Origin: Octopus sinensis
Taxonomy: Eukaryota
Length of the DNA stretch: 64,000 bases
NCBI RefSeq assembly: GCF_006345805.1
Contig: NC_043009.1
Location: 2,046,001-2,110,000 of the forward strand
Direction of reading: 5' to 3'
The stretch's first letter is position 1, and each line of letters begins with the position of its first letter. The position numbers and the translations under genes were made by a program. The notes below the pieces were generated by a model. The model worked only from the letters and a program-made list of their open reading frames with translations. It ran no database searches and had not been told where the DNA came from. Positions 52,435 to 64,000 of the stretch are shown piece by piece.

Positions 52435-53602
52435 TGTGTGTGTGTGTGTGCGTGTGAAAAGGAGAGAGAAACAGGGAGATAAATATACATATACATATAT
52501 GTCTGTGTTTGTACAATTTGCTGTTGCGTGATTTCTCCTGATCTTCGGATAAAATCATTATGTAACCTATGACATGAGTTGACCAAGACCATTACGATCA
52601 GACAGAATATAAGAAAATCATTAAGACCAGACGGAAATCTGTTAATAATTTATCATTTGCAAATTCTTTAAATACTATCTCGAATTAATCTGGAATCGTT
52701 CGGACAGATTATAATTGAAACTAGAGAGAAAACGAGCAGAAATTAAGTTGTGTAGTGATCGTCTGCTTGTTTTCTTTTTTGATATCATGGACAAAATGCG
52801 TCATAAGTAAGATAATAGGAAACTAAGCTTAATATTTAAGCTGAGGAATATAATCCGTGATTATTACCATTTCAAGAGGTAAAACTTATATTAGTGTTCA
52901 TAATAGAAAGGCCATTGAACAACCTGCAGTTGAAGCAATGTCACATCTTACGTTCAACTAAATTTTCTTCTAAATCTGCTTATTGGCGACTATTTAAATA
53001 TAGACTTTTCCGGTTTTTAGCCGTACCATCCTTTTATACATTTTAATTTCATAATTAATAGGTAGTCCATCCAACTTAAGTTAGGTGTGTTGTTGAGGTA
53101 GCCTTAAACTGCAATTATTATCAAGAGATACCACGCCATGTTGACAATATATGCTCTCTGCATCGTTTGACAGAATGATCGTCTGCTTCTGTACATGCAC
53201 TACCGTATCACGTTATTCCACCGTATCAGTGGATCATCTGTGCTAGCCCAGCACCGCACCGCACCAAATGCCAGAAATTAAATCAGCCAAATCGTTATTG
53301 TATAATAATATCCAAAGGGTCAGTGATGCCAGAAAACCCTGCTGGGCTAAGACTAACTTAGTGATATTAGCAATATTTGTAATGAGCAATAATTAACACA
53401 TCAATTTTATAATTGATTGAAATGGCATGAGGTGAAATAAACACTTGAGATGCTTTGCCTCAGGCAAGAACTGCAGAGGTTACCTAAAGATATGCAAGTT
53501 TTTCTCTGGATATGAACTAAGTTTTCTGTAATGCTAGAACCCCCCCCCCAGTTCTTCAACTGGTGTCTTAGATTCAAAAGCGTTTTACCTCTTCGTCTAT
53601 AA

Positions 53603-53837
53603 AATTGGTTGTCAACCGGGGCTTTATGCCCCCTGGAGTTTCATAAAAGCTTTAGTTGTTAAAAATTATGTGAAACAATTTGGTTATACTTGAACAATAC
53701 ACAAAATATTTGTAATAATAATTAAGTAAGCGTAAAATATATTGCAATTTTTTTAAAGCTTCAAATAGTTACGGGGGTCCAGTAGCGTTAAATAAGAATC
53801 AAGGGGTCTGTTGGTAAGAAATAGCTGAAAATCCCTG
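53603..53837. mobile_element. hAT (Charlie-like) MITE
   Basis: Degenerate TIRs aattggttgtcaacc / agctgaaaatccctg, subterminal ggggtcc motifs, 8-bp flanks GTCTATAA / GTCTCTAC (6/8). Confidence 0.65.
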
Positions 53838-54659
53838 GTCTCTACGCTTCCCCTGAGTGAGGCTCTGAGAACTGAATAAGACTCAGTCTGCAGATGACAG
53901 CAGTTGGCTCTTGTCAATCACTCCTGACCTAAAATGGTTTTAGCGGTCATAGCTTGATCGCTTTCTTTAGTAAGCGACATAATCTGTGGTTTGGTAATTA
54001 CTGGCGTATTTAGTTATATCATTTTTTCGTCCGGCGTTCAAATTCCAATAAGGTCACCTTTAATCTTCATCCTAGTGTAGTGTTTATAATTTGGAGTAGC
54101 AGTTAAGTACTGATAGCAGTGTATATTCCAATAATATATCTCTGTATGAATGAGATCGTAATTAACATTAAGAAACTGACATGACAAAGCACAAGTTCTC
54201 ATAAACCTTTATCATCTTAGTTGTATCTTAATATCCGTCAAAATATGTTTTCTGTAGAAATAGGTTTTAGATATTTAGTTATGTGTATCGTGACATGGGA
54301 TGTTGTCACGTTTCTGTTTTCTGTGAGAGTTTATTTTGTGAATGTGAACCGAAACCAAATAATTTTCAAATGCGAATAAAGTTTGATGAAGTATCAAATT
54401 CATCTGTCTCTATCCTCATCTTTACAACTGAGACCTCAATACTGTAATAAACTGTTTTCCTGTATTCGGACTTATAATGCAGAGAAATATGACGGTACGT
54501 AATCGTAGGCTAATGGATGATAATTGTGGAGACAAATCATATGACATACATTTGAAGCGATAATGGAAAAAAGTTTGAAAAACGTATCAACTTCAGTACT
54601 GAAATACACTTGAAATATCGGGAAAAATATCACAAATTTGAAATATGTAGAACACATTG

Positions 54660-54845
54660 GAGCGCAATGACGTACTAGAGTACTCAATTACGTAGTGTGA
54701 TGCACAGTAGCGCATAATAGTCTCAGCAACGCCCAATAGTGCACTACAGAGCACAACAACGTACAGTAGCGTACAAAACAGCGCACAAAGCTGCAAAATG
54801 GCGCACAATAGCACACGCTAGCGCACAACAACGCACAATGGCGTT
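54660..54845. repeat. Degenerate ~10-bp minisatellite (agcgcacaat)
   Basis: Repeated gcgcacaa/gcacaac/gtacagt units. Confidence 0.7.
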
Positions 54846-55209
54846 GTCTAATGGCACATCGCTTAATATTTATTTGACGAGGGTTAAAGTCAATACAAGA
54901 AGTGTAAAGTAGTAAATACTTATTGTATCTCGTAAGCTTTTTTCTTGTTTTTGTTCAACCGCCATAAAAAAGAAAAAAAGTGTTTCGTGGAAGGGAATTA
55001 GTTTCAGCCAGAAGCTGAAACGACGTTAACAATGTCGGTGAGATACTGGCCTTAGCAGCTGTTCTCTGGTGCTCATCGCTAAAATTTTCCACCATATTAA
55101 TACAGTAAAGATCATAGATAATACTTAGTCAATATTCAGCAACAATGGCAGATATTCTGGTATAATAAAACACTAAGAAACGGAAAATGAAAAGAAAACA
55201 ACACAGATA

Positions 55210-55291
55210 ATAATAAAAATAAGAATAAGAATAAGAATGATAATAATATTAATAATAATATTAATGATAATAATAATAATAATGACAACGC

Positions 55292-55325
<34 letters not shown>

Positions 55326-55372
55326 TAATAATAATGACAACGATAATAATAATAATAATAATGACAACGATA

Positions 55373-55405
<33 letters not shown>

Positions 55406-55437
55406 CAACGATAATAATAATAATAATAATGACAACG

Positions 55438-55506
<69 letters not shown>

Positions 55507-55517
55507 TAATAATAATA
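55210..55517. repeat. (AAT)n compound microsatellite with atgacaacg interruptions
   Basis: Direct reading. Confidence 0.95.
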
Positions 55518-56965
55518 ACACAAGAGTAAGAGTATAACAAGTAAAAAATAACTGTTCAGCTAACAAACGGGCAAGGTTCGGCTCTATAATCATAATTACA
55601 GATTATAGTAAATAGGAATCTCGCCATAAGCAATGTTGGATGAACCACACTTTTAACGGTCGTTTTTTAACTCTCTTTTATTTAACGTATTTCATTATTA
55701 TTGTTTTCGTTGTTGTTGTAATGATTACTATTGTTTTGATTTTATTTTTGTTTTGTTTTGTTATTTAAAAAAAATCTTTTGATTACTTTTCATAGTGGTT
55801 TTTATTTGTTTAATTATTTATTTGTTTGTTGTTATTTTATTTATTTGTTATTATTTATTTTTTTGCTATTTTTACAAACCGATTTTTGTTCAAAGGAAAA
55901 TTAGCACCTATTAAATAAAACAACCCGGAGCCAACAACAAACTTTCTTCAAATCGATATTTTCATGTGTTGCAGCGATATTTTCAATAATTGCCCGCTTT
56001 AAGAACTATCATCAGAAAAATCGTTAGGAAGGAAGAAAAAAAATCGTCTAAAGAACGAAAGAATGCCAAAAAAAAACACAAAAAAAATTTCCATTTTTTT
56101 TCACTATTTAATGCTACGTTCAACAACGTGTATTTTACTGACATGGCATTGTAAAACCATGATTATCTTCAAGAAAAAGGATTTTGGTGAGAAAACAGTC
56201 TTCTTCTCTTCTACTATCCGTTTTGTAAAGATCTTTGCAAACCAATCAAGCTGGCTTTTGTTTTGTAGGTTTTGAATAATCAATGCATTTTTAATCGAAG
56301 TCTGACCGTTTTAAAAACGTTTACAATGACATATCTGCCCTTAAGATGATCTCTAATTTGAAAATTTACTTACTTTAATTTTGTGTTGATATTCGCTGGT
56401 GTCTTTGATAATGTGAAATAAAATGCTCGCATTGTAAGATGAAAAAAATGTGAAAACCGGAATAGAATGAACAGGCTTTTCATAAGTTGAATAATAACAA
56501 CGATAACAGCGACAAGAACAACAAGAGCAACAGATGTTATTTAAATATTTTCTATAATATTTGGAAATATAGCATATGGCTGAGAAGATAAGGTACCGTC
56601 TAATTAGCATCTGATGTGTTTTAGATTGATATCCCATTTTCACTATTGTTTGTTTCAAAACACGAGAAATAAAAATAAAAGGAGAAAACGTTACACCCTT
56701 AGTAATTTCTGTCTATCAAGTTGCATAGTATTTTAACCCTAGGCTGGGTCTGACTGAGCAGAATTACCAGCAAAGGCGTACAAGCACTGACCATCCAACT
56801 TTTCATTGTAATACTTAGGATATTTAGTTGTACTTTATAGGGCATCGAGGATTTACCTTACGGCATTTCGAGTTGGTTTTGTCCACCTTATAGACAATGT
56901 TTGTAAGAAAGTACTTAAAGAGCGTGCACAATGTAACTACCTTTCGAGGAACTGGTCTCCAATAT

Positions 56966-57170
56966 ACCTATTTATTTACTACCCACAAGGGGCTAAACAC
57001 AGAGGGGACAAACAAGGACAGACACACGGATTAAATCGATTACATCTTCCCCAGTGCGTAACTGGTACTTAATTTATCGACCCCGAAAGGATGAAAGGCA
57101 AAGTCGACCTCGGCGGAATTTGAACTCAGAACGTAACGGCAAACGAAATACGGTTACGCATTTCGCCCGT
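56966..57170 (-). mobile_element. SINE family A copy
   Basis: Reverse complement of consensus (…gacctcggcggaatttgaactcagaacg…). Confidence 0.85.
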
Positions 57171-57640
57171 CTCCGATATACCGTTCCAGCCATGTCATAT
57201 ACAGTTGTGGCTGTGTGGTAAGAGGTTTGCTTACTAACACATGGTTGTGGGTTCTGTTCCACTGGGTGCTACGTTGCACAAGTGTCATCTATTATAGCCT
57301 CGGGCCGACCAATGGTTTGTGAGTGGATTTCATAAACAGAAACTGAAAATATATATATTTGTGTATGTATGTGTGTATTTTTGCTCCACTACCGTTTCAC
57401 AACGGACCCGTAACCTAGCGGTTCGGCAAAGAGACCGACTGAATAAGTACCAGACATTGAGAAAAAAGTACTGGAGTCGATTCGGTCGGCTAAACGTTCT
57501 TCAAGGTGGAACTCTAGCATGTTCACACTCTAATGATTGAAACAAATAAAGTACATACAGACACACAGGCACACACACATGTATAAATATGTTAAATATG
57601 TGTGTGAGTGTGTACGTATATATATATATATATACGCATA

Positions 57641-58045
57641 GGCGCAGGCGTGGCTGTGTGGTAAGAAGCTTGCTTCCCAACCACATGGTTCTGCGTTCAG
57701 TCCCACTGTGTGGCAGCTTGAGCAGGCGTCTTCTGCTATATCCTCGGGCTGACCAAGGCCTTATGAGTGGATTTGGTAGACGGAAACAGAAAGAAGTCTG
57801 TCGTATATCTATATTTACATAGTTATGTTTGTTTTGTGCCTGTGTTTGTCCTCCCCCTCTCTATCACTGCTTGACAACCATTGTTGGTGTGTTTACGTTC
57901 CCGTAATATAGCGGTCCAATAAAAGGGATTGATAAAATAAGTAATAGGCTTCAAAAATAAGTCCTAGGCTTGATTTGTTCGACTAAAACCTCCCATTACG
58001 CTGCTCCAGCATGGTCGCATTCACACGACTGAAACCAGTAAAAGA
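57641..58045 (+). mobile_element. SINE family B copy followed by its common tail module (tgcttgacaacc...gtgtttacg...cagcatgg...gactgaaac)
   Basis: Tail module also at ~26450-26645, 33775-33985, 57380-57545, and inverted at ~31120-31350 and 39910-40100. Confidence 0.85.
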
Positions 58046-58191
58046 ATAAAATTAAAATAATATATACACACACATATAAATGTATACATATATAATCTTA
58101 TGTGTATATATGTATATATATATATATATATATATACATACCCATATATGTCATATGTCAATACACACACACACACACATATAAGTATATG

Positions 58192-58266
<75 letters not shown>

Positions 58267-58642
58267 GTGTGTAGGGAGGCATGTATGTTATATATTACCA
58301 TACAGCTTCCACAGAGCACCTTTTAACTCTTTAAACCGTAATTAAATTATCATTTACTTAGAAGGTGCAAGGCATATTTAAAATTTAAATATGGGTTCGA
58401 CTTTAGTATAATGAGAAAGGACTGATACTAAAGAAAGAATTTGAGACACAGCATAGAAAGGAGATATTTGTAAATATCTCTTTTGGATTATCTTCAACGA
58501 CAAAAATATTCAAATCTGAATTTGCTTCTTATGGAGGGAAGGTATTACGTTCGCGGCCAGAAGGAGTGTATATTTAATATCAAGCCACTTTAATATAAAG
58601 GTGCTAGTGAAATGGTGAAATTCTAAAGTGAAATTCTAGCGA

Positions 58643-59530
58643 TTTTCCCCTAATATAAAAACTAAAATAGGTAAAACATTCCTATCTTTCGTTACAACTT
58701 ACCTGTATCTCACTGATACAGGTAAAATATCGGATAGACGTTCTGTGAAATTATCATACAGCTGCTGACCAAATATGACGACTATCATTACACGAGGTCA
58801 ATACGAAGAGCCTAAATTCAGTTGTAATTGTCGGGACTAACAATCCTGTCCACTTGACCAACGATGCATGATTAAATTTGTCATATACACGGCAGAGGTT
58901 ACTGCATGGCTAGATGATATTACAACAGATAGGAAGACCTATATTGGATAATGTGAAGGAGAATTTGAAAATCGCTATGCCAACCATATAGCCTCTTTGC
59001 GACACAAAGTTAAAAGCTAAGCTACTAAGTTGGCTAGCCACGTATGGAGTTTGAAATCTAAATCAAAACCACATGTGATTAAGTGGAGAATAATTAAAAA
59101 ATCTACACTTTATGTTAATAGAATAAATAAACGTAAGCTATGTTTACCTGAAAGAGGGTGGATCCTTTCCAGAACCCTAGGTCTGAAATTTTCAGCGGTT
59201 GTAAACACACGTCTAAGTACATTTTGAAAAATTGAAAAATTCCGCCACTACCTGATTAACCTGCTGATATCTTTCGAGCCTTATAATCTATGGTCTAAGG
59301 AGGGTAACTCTTTTACATTTTCTACCTTACCTTTTAATTTCTAATTTTTCATTTTCAGTTTTTTAACCGTCCACATTTTCTATATGGTATCTTCTCAACT
59401 TTTGCGTTTCTTCTCTCATTCAGTTTTTTAGTTCATGAAATGTGGCTTGTGTCTGAGGCATGTCTTTGAAGTATTTTTCAACATATGAAACTATTAGTAG
59501 GCACATAATTGTATGTATTCTCTCTATTAA
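58643..59530 (+). mobile_element. Decayed 3' part of a Naiad-like Penelope-like element (linker, GIY-YIG and 3' UTR)
   Basis: One frame from 58643: FSPNIKTKIGKTFLSF...KLSYSC*PNM...SCNCRD*QSCPLDQRC...VIYTAEV...KTYIG*CEGEFENRYANH...LASHVWSLK...IKWRII...LCLPE; C-terminal EIFSGCKHTSKYIL after a frameshift. Confidence 0.8.
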
Positions 59531-59943
59531 ATAATATCTACAATTATGTTCTATATATATATAGTGCGTGTGTGAGTATGTATGTATGGACACGTGTGGG
59601 AGAGAGGGAGAGAAAGAGGGAGAGAGACAGGGAGAGAGAGAGAGAGGTGGAGAAAGAGATGTGTGTGAGCCCACAGATGCATAGAAGAAGAGAACAATAT
59701 TATTCCAGCAACAACTGTAGGGTAAAACGTGGCGTTTATTTAAAGCCGATGATTTTCATGACCACTTTTTCCATTTGACATAAGCGTAAATTTTCGGAAT
59801 AATACAAACATTTAATACAGCACCAAGTTTCATAAACTGTTATATGATTCCAAAAGTTCACACCAGTCTGATGATCGGTGACGTGAAACACGGCGCTACA
59901 GTTTGTGACGTTTTCCAACTTCAATAAAACATTATAAGGTGTA

Positions 59944-59984
<41 letters not shown>

Positions 59985-60249
59985 ATGTTTATGTGTGTCT
60001 ATAAGAATGTGCGTATGCGTGCATGCGTTTAAGTATATTTATATAATTCAAAGTAACATATAAACAGTTGAAAACACTAGAGAAACACAGCACGCAAAGA
60101 ACAAAGCGCGATGATAAAAGTGTTAGTTTAATGCGTAAATGAAAAGAGAAGAGGCCCTTTAAAGTTTCGGATATTAGTTTTTAATCTGAAAGAAGAGGAA
60201 ACGAGAGGGAAATACCGACAGAGGGATACAGTCAGAGAGAGAAAAGCAT

Positions 60250-60296
<47 letters not shown>

Positions 60297-60350
60297 GAAA
60301 GGGTAGGTTATAAATATACGTATAATATATAACATATACATATAATATGT

Positions 60351-60682
60351 GGAAGTGCATTGGTCCAGTGGTTAGGGCAATGGACTCGCGGTCACAGGAT
60401 CGCGATTTCGATTCCCAGACCAAGCTTTGTGAGTGTTTATTGAGCGAAAACACCTAAAGTTCCACGTCGCTCCGGCATGGTGTGGTGGTGAACCTTGTTG
60501 TATTCTTCCACCACAACTTTCTCTCACTCTTTCTTCTTGTTTCTGTTGTACTTGTATTTCAAAGTGCCAGCCTTGTCACGCTGAATCTCCCCGAGAACTA
60601 CGTTAAGGGTAAACGTGTCTCTGGAGGGCTCAGCCACTTGCACGTTAATTTCACCAGCACTTTGTTCAGTCGACGGAGTGCC
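60351..60682 (+). mobile_element. SINE family C variant
   Basis: tggtccagtggttagggcaatggactcgcggtcacaggatcgcgatttcgattcccagac...gagcgaaaacacctaaag...ctttctctcactctttc. Confidence 0.8.
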
Positions 60683-61392
60683 ACATATAATATATATACA
60701 TTCATCTAGACACCCCACCACACACATATATACGTGTTTGTGTGTGTATATATATATATATATATGGTGTGTGTGTGTGTAAAATTGGTCGAGTCGTTTG
60801 AGCATCGGGCGAAATGATGCCTTCTGAATTTAATTCACATTGAGATCGATATTGCCTTTATTCGATCTGCGACAAAGAAATAATGTCTGGGAGGTTGAAA
60901 CGTCGAAATTGCAAGAACACTGGAAAAGATGTCTCACAATATCTGTTCCGGTACTTGGTGTTCTCAGTTCCAATCAATCTTTATCCGCTTCCCAGTTTAA
61001 CACACACCATTTTGTCTTTGAATACATTTAGTAGAATTCCATCTGTTGCATTCAACCCGACCAGCTCCCGATTTGAGTATTCCCACCAACTTCCCTTCCG
61101 TTCTCTTTCCTACTAATCTAAGAAATGCTGTAAGTATTTGTGGGCTACGAAGGTATTTGTGGACAGTACCAGGAATGCTAGAAATAGAAGTAAAAATGAT
61201 TCTAAACCGCCATAAATCACTCATATACACTGGTAAATGCGAAGAAATTACCAAAATTATTATTATTATTATTATTATTACTATTATTATTATTATTATT
61301 ATTATTTATTTTTCCTCTTCTTCTTCTTAGTTTATAATAATAATTATATCCTGCGTGTGTGTATATATCTATATGTATATATATCTATATAA

Positions 61393-61443
<51 letters not shown>

Positions 61444-62123
61444 TATATATATATATATGCATATATATATATTATATATATATATATTATATATATATAT
61501 ATATATAAAATTTAAAGGACTGACCACTAAATGTGGACGGTCAATATGCTAGATATAGACGTCAAAATCGCTATTTTCTACGAAGAATGTGTTCTCAAAT
61601 AAAAACTCAGCACAAACCAAAGTGTAAAAAATAAGCAAGACAAATGAAAATATACGAAGTTATAACGATTACCTATGTACCGATCAGTTTCGATTGTTAA
61701 TATCCACGTATATGGATACGTGGAAATCTGCAAGCTCATCAGCATACTCTGTCGTATACAAATATAATTTCCAGGACTAGATATAAAAATGCTTGACCGG
61801 AGTTCCGCATGCATAGAGCTCAATAAATTATATTTATGTGTATCCTTCAAATGCCTTCACTTTGGCGTGCTGATATCGGAAATCTACCCTGCTGTTAATA
61901 AACTGCAGCAGTCAATTTACCGGTTAGAGAACATTTTTTTATTGTTTAAAATTGAATAAGGGTAGAAATTGACCACTAAAAGTGTAGTGGTCATCCTTTA
62001 AATTTTGTATGTAAAAATATTTTAATCTTCGGATTTTTTTAATATGCTAGGCCACTGGTTTTAATTGATTAATATCAATTTAGACCCTTATTTTATTATA
62101 TATATATATATTTTCATACACAC

Positions 62124-62155
<32 letters not shown>

Positions 62156-62163
62156 TATATATA

Positions 62164-62223
<60 letters not shown>

Positions 62224-62225
62224 AT

Positions 62226-62440
62226 ACCGGAGTAAGCACATAAATGTGAGACAAGGTGGAAAAAAGGAGTACTCAAATACCAGAGGTAGAGTAGTGTGCT
62301 TTATTTAAAAGCAGTAGAAATATAACAAAAGCTGTTACCCGTTCGTCGGACAGTTTTGTTAACAAAACTGTCCGACGAACGGGAACGGGAAACTCTGAGT
62401 TACAGCTTTTGTTATATTTCTACTGCTTTTAAATAAAGTA
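62226..62440. mobile_element. Short fold-back PLE-like insert centred on ttttgtt|aacaaaa (62360/62361)
   Basis: Left arm is the reverse complement of the right arm minus ~17 nt. Same family as 52127-52264. Confidence 0.8.
62361..62412 (+). ncRNA. HHR-like motif with CCGACGA core
   Basis: aacaaaactgt CCGACGA ACG GGAA CGG GAAAC TCT GAGT T acagcttttgtt. Confidence 0.55.
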
Positions 62441-62514
62441 TATCTATATCTATCTATCTATCTATCTATCTATATATGTATTTATGCATATATATATGCA
62501 CATATATATATATA

Positions 62515-62648
<134 letters not shown>

Positions 62649-63512
62649 TACATACATATGTATCTATATATATATATAGAGAGGGGGATACAGAGAAATA
62701 AGTAGATATATAGAGGGAGAAAGTGAAAGAGGGATACACAGATATATATATATATATTATATACAGAGATAGATAAATAGATAGAAAATAAGATAGAAAA
62801 AGAGTGAGGGAGAGAGAAAAGGAGAGAGAATGTGGGAGAGGGAGAGAGGAGATGTCTCAGCAGCAGCGGCCGGCGAGTGCCGTGGCACATTTCGATCTGT
62901 TTTGACATTTCCAACGGCGCCTATTTGCAGCTAGCCATGCGCTCAGATCTCTTCATCTTGAGAGATGATATCCTTTTCAATTAATCTATATCATCTCAAT
63001 AATTGACATGATATCTGTGTGCTCTGAGATGCGTAACGCTCCCGTCGCCAGAGAATATTACTAGAGACACAAGACAAACTAGGTGGGTTAAGACAACTTT
63101 ACATCACTAGATTAAAGAGTAACACACTCACTTGCACAATACACATCCCACTCCATAAGGATCAGCAATCTGAACTCTGCGACAAGTTTGCAAAATGGCT
63201 GGCAGATACATCAATTGTTGATTTGATTTTATAATACTTTCTCTTAGACTTTTTGCTACTAAAGGACCCGAGAATGGAATGAAGCAGATTTGTACATAGT
63301 CGGAAGGCCGTTGATGCTCGTGATGTCCTCTTCCCGTTATGGTGTCCTGTTTTCTACCCCGCCCATAAACCAAAATTCTCCCTCCTCACGGAGATGGCTT
63401 ATATATCTATATGAATGTTTATATGTGTGTATATATATGTCTCTGAGACATTTAGAAATCCAATATTTCTAATATATATATATACTTTATTTAAAGCAGC
63501 AGAAAATTCAAC

Positions 63513-63559
63513 AAAACCTGTTACTCTGAGTTTCACGTTTCCGTTCGTCGGACAGTTTT
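63513..63559 (-). ncRNA. Minimal type-I HHR fold with U4C core
   Basis: aaaactgt CCGACGA ACG GAAA CGT GAAAC TCA GAGT A acaggtttt. Stems I, II and III are all formable; GUA triplet. Confidence 0.7.
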
Positions 63560-63566
63560 TGCTAGA

Positions 63567-63674
<108 letters not shown>

Positions 63675-63871
63675 TATTATATATATACATATATATACAT
63701 TCATATATATATATATGTATATATATATACGCATGTTATATACACATATATATTTATACATGTATATATATATGCATGTATATGTATCTTTATATATATA
63801 TGCATATACATATACATACATACATACATACGTACATACATACATACATACATACATACATACAGGCATAC

Positions 63872-63967
<96 letters not shown>

Positions 63968-64000
63968 CAATAAATTATGTGAAAGACACTAGTTAGACTT

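Noticed and set aside
60880-61250. Further R4-like C-terminal fragments
   Set aside because: Only a vague resemblance to the VPIVIGALG region; too short to support.

Overview
Eukaryotic, AT-rich and extremely microsatellite-rich animal DNA. The (TA)n/(TATC)n/(CA)n load and tRNA-derived SINE families suggest a cephalopod such as Octopus; this is an inference, not a database result. No host gene can be assembled with confidence, only a few candidate minus-strand exons. The window is mostly decayed mobile DNA: a 5'-truncated Tx1/L1-type LINE inside a (TATC)n tract (9141-11490), a Neptune-like Penelope-like element (PLE; RT+GIY-YIG, minus, 20888-23046), a Naiad-like PLE 3' remnant (58643-59530), an R4/Dong-like 3' end on (TAA)n (47961-48730), mariner and Tc1 relics, hAT MITEs with 8-bp TSDs, and many SINEs. 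The most notable signal is a dense set of about a dozen type-I hammerhead ribozyme (HHR) motifs or remnants in short inserts, mostly next to (TA)n, that look like PLE termini. These include a ~630-bp fold-back insert with an identical canonical HHR on each strand (34531-35164), two more fold-back inserts, and recurrent non-canonical cores (U3:A8 covariation, U4C, A6U, extra A after A9). All folds were read by eye and no computation was run.
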